DNA of 64,000 nt, taken from Fimicolochytrium jonesii. Taxonomy: Eukaryota. How positions within the stretch are numbered: the first letter of the stretch is position 1; every line of letters begins with the position of its first letter. The position numbers and the translations under genes are program-made. This document shows positions 60,359 through 64,000 of this stretch, one piece after another. The notes beneath the pieces are model-generated. The model was not told the origin of the DNA. It searched no databases and saw only the letters and a list, made by a program, of their open reading frames with translations. The stretch spans positions 1 through 64,000 of the forward strand of contig NW_026515701.1 of NCBI RefSeq assembly GCF_025526975.1, given 5' to 3'.

Positions 60359-61878
60359 TCATTTACGCCGTTTTTCCTGTTCATCTCGGGATTTTACAAC
60401 CTCTGTCGTAAGGCCGTCCGTGTCCTGGATATCCGCATTTGAATAATGATCGTATGCGATGTCCCCTGCTATCCCAGCGAAAACAATGGTGCCCAACGCA
60501 GCGTTACTTTTGAACTTCCTCCATGCATCCGCATGGTCATTGGGCTTCAATGTGCTCAGCTGCCATGAAAAATGGGCCGCAGCGCCGCCCACAGATACGA
60601 TATAGAATGGTAATCCTTGCGAGTTCATAAAACCCGCCAGCGTCAGGTTCCCAACAGCAGAAACTGCAAAGAAGGATAACCAAGGCTTCAGTTTGTCACC
60701 AAAGCGCAGAGCTGTGGATTTGATGCCTGCTTTTACGTCATCGGCTTTGTCCTAGGGGGGAATGATCAGGTCAAGCCGTAAGCGGAGAAGCAAGGTCAGA
60801 GTCCGCATGTTTTACCTGTAGCGCATAGATCGTGTCGTAGACAAGCGTCCAGCTGATACCTGCTACATATAAAGGCAAGCACACGGACCAATTGCATACA
60901 CCTAGCACCGCGGACCAGCCGAGCAGTGTTCCGTAGTTGAAGGCCAATCCTAACGAAGTTCCGTAAGTGTCAGTCTCCTCAAGCCAGGGTATACATTGAC
61001 ACAGAGCAAATACCCAAGACCGCTTGCGGCCAGTATGTTATACGCTTCATCAACGGATATGTTATCACTGGGATCAAGGATGCAGTTCCTAGTAGAATAC
61101 TGGAGGACGGGAGACAATGTCAGTGCTTTGCTCTAGGTACCGGAAAGCCATGCATGCACATACCTATACCAATTGAGCTGCGTCAATACTGCAAGCCCAA
61201 CACTCAGTTGACCTCCTAGAAACACGAGTGCATTGACAGGTGTGATTGTCCCCGCTGCTAATGGCCGCGCTCTTGTCCGCCAAACCTATCAGAGGCGCGT
61301 CAGTAAGAAGAAACCACTGGTGCATATCTGATGCTGCCGATTTACACAGCAACTTGCAAATGTCTCACCTTCTTGTCGAGGTCCCTATCCCACATGTCGT
61401 TGATTGTGCACCCAGCCCCTCGCATGACTAGCGCACCAGCCCCAAACAACGCCAGATATCCCGCCACAGTTGAGGCCGGAATAGCCCCGTGAGCAGCATA
61501 AGCCGCCATCCCTATTGACCAACTACATGGCAGGTAGAGTAGGTACGTTCCTGCGGGCTTGTCTAAACGGACAAGATGGAAGTACGGCTGAAGACGCGGT
61601 GGAAGATTGTCAATCCAGGAAGGGGGCAGGGTTGGAATGCCTTGTTCGGACTCTAAGCTCGGGGTAGGAACTGCCGGTGATACGAAGCCAGGAGCCGTCT
61701 GCAGCGTCCTTTTCCTCGGTAGCTGCACATGCGGTCTTTGTTGGGGTATCCGTGGTCGAGCAAAGGCATGTGTTCCCGCACGGTATAGTCGGCTCCGCAA
61801 AGTGGCCGGTGGCGTGGGCCCACGTTGCCGCAGGCACAAGTTGACGTTGAGGTTGCTAATCGCTGATAGTGACCGCAT
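60359..61878 (-). CDS. COQ2: 4-hydroxybenzoate polyprenyltransferase (multi-exon)
   Basis: [56 protein letters not shown]. Arg-rich mitochondrial-like presequence. Confidence 0.96.
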
Positions 61879-62348
61879 GCTGCCGTCGTTCGTCTGCTCG
61901 TTTGGACGGAACGTTTGACTTTTGACCTCGACGCCGGCTCGTTGCAGTTGTCGTTCCCCGTGGCGAAAAGCTGGCGAAACGCTGGGCGGCTCGGAACGTG
62001 GCAGGAACACGATCCGCTGTCACGAACGGCACGCATAATATTGTCTCGAGAGTGACCGTTCTCGGCTGTTCGCAGACTTTTGCAACGCAAACGCTACGTA
62101 TCTTCTGCAGGACGGTCACTCCCTCTTTCAACCTCGGTTGCACTAGCACGCTGTCGCTCGCTCAATTGCCTACTGCGAACAGCGCCGAACACGCTCTATA
62201 CCGCACTCACTCCTGGTAAACGTCGAACCCGGATGTTTGTTCGCTTGCAGGACTTCTTACCCTAGCTGACTTCTATTCACAGAAACCTTTCGCTGGCCAG
62301 GTGTGCGCAACTTGCTTCCCCTCCTCAACTAGTAGTTATCCTCACGCG

Positions 62349-64000
62349 ATGGGGTCCGTGAAGTCGTTAAGGGATCTCCAAAAAGGTGCGTCACAGGAGC
62401 TGACAGCGCGGACAGATCACACCATCTTGGGAATTTCGGGATGCGCACGAGGCTATCGAATACTCATATGCGATGTCGCAAACGTATAGAGGCGTTACTG
62501 GTGCTTCTAAACCTCAACAACCGGGATGTCTTGGAGGACGAGTCCTTGACTGACGGCGTTTCGGGTCCGGCCGCGAATACGGTTCCTGTACCGCCTCTCG
62601 CGATTACAGATCCAGTGTGGAAGGTGCTGATATACGACAAATTCGGCCAAGACTTGATTTCACCGCTGCTGAAGGTCAATGATCTGAGAGAGCAGGGGAT
62701 CACGGTCCATATGTGAGTTTGGGTGCATGAAAGGTAGCCCTTCCGGCCCGTCTCAAGTCTCACAAAAGTGTGCACGAACGCAGGCCGTTGTACTCCGAGC
62801 GCCTCCCGATTTCCGATGTCCCTGCAATCTACTTTGTCCAGCCGACACCTGAGAACTTGAAGAGGATGGGAGAGGTATGGATCCGCTTGCGCTATGAGCA
62901 AATGACACGCGCCTCGTGGCTGACCTTCGCACGACAGGACTTTGCAAAGCGCTTGTACGAGTCATACTATATCAACTTCTCTTCAGCGGTGCCACGGCCA
63001 CTTTTGGAAGACCTAGCAGCTACTAGTATTGCGACGGGCAGCAGTGCGGACATAGCACAGGTCAGACCGCAGTCACAGCTCTGGACTCTTTGAAGTTTTC
63101 GACCTAACGGCGGCTTTCATGGACCCAGGTGTTCGATCAATACCTAGACTACGTGTGTCCGGACCACAACCTCTTCTCGTTGAATATGGAGGATTCATAT
63201 CGGGTCCTAAACGACCCGACAACGGCCGAATCTACGATTGAGAAGATGGTGGATAAGATTGTTGGGTCTCTCTTCTCTGTTCTGGTGACACTTGGTACGA
63301 CGGGGTCTTGCCGGACTGACGAATGTTACAAATGCATGGAATAACACTATTGTTCCTCGTGCACGCAGGCGTTGTGCCAATCATTCGAAGTCAGCGCGGA
63401 GCCGCGGAGGTGATCGCGACGAAGTTGGAAACCAAGTTGCGCGACCATCTGTTGAACAGCAGGGCGAACTTGTTCATGGATAGTGCGGTGTCAAATCGAA
63501 GTCTTACGCGACCGGGTGGGTGGCTCCTTGGCACCTGAAATGTCATCAGACGGTCATCATACGGCGGACTGACGGTTATCTTTTCCCTAGTCTTGATCAT
63601 CCTCGATCGGAACTTGGATCTGACAACGATGCTGAATCACACCTGGACATATCAGACGCTAGTCCATGACATATTCGACATGAAGCTTAACCGCGTGGCA
63701 ATTCTGGTATGGCTGCACCCACTGGTGCGGAGGTTTTCCAAAGATTTGCTCACGATCATTTGAACCAGGACGAGGAGAAGAAGCGAAAGGTGTACGACAT
63801 CGATGTGAATGATTTCTTCTGGAAGAAGAACGCGCCAAACCCATTTCCACAAGTGGCTGGTACGTCGTTCACACAACGAGTGTCGCTCTTGGAGGGCATT
63901 ATCTGATTCCGGCTTGTAGAGGATGTCGACGTGGAAATAAATCGGTACAAGTCCGACGTGGACGCGGTCACCCGGTCTTGTGGTGTGAGCTCGTTAGAGG
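62349..64000 (+). CDS. SLY1: Sec1/Munc18 family protein Sly1 (3'-truncated by window end)
   Basis: [71 protein letters not shown]. Confidence 0.96.

Overview
Intron-rich, gene-dense eukaryotic DNA. Short GT-AG introns, fungal-type housekeeping genes, flagellar/centriolar genes (SAXO-like, TBC1D31) and a Crinkler-like gene point to a zoosporic (chytrid-like) fungus; this is an inference. The first ~6 kb is mobile DNA: an AT-rich, intronless, virus-like segment with inverted iteron-like repeats, then an intron-containing CryptonF-type tyrosine-recombinase element bounded by 12-bp direct repeats, then an internally deleted Tc1. The rest holds host genes: a CaaX coiled-coil protein, ADK1, VMA1, Mpo1-like, a CDF transporter, RTA1-like, SAXO-like, WD40, CMS1, PIG-S, MPLKIP-like, MAP1, LDAH, REC-RasGEF, TBC1D31, a 2OG oxygenase, COQ2 and partial SLY1. 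These are interspersed with MITEs, a frameshifted Tc1, a decayed LINE and a Crinkler-HNH gene. The strongest novelty candidate is a response-regulator receiver domain, split over micro-exons and so only fragmentarily visible in the ORF track, fused to a RasGEF. Gene models were assembled by eye and no database searches were run.
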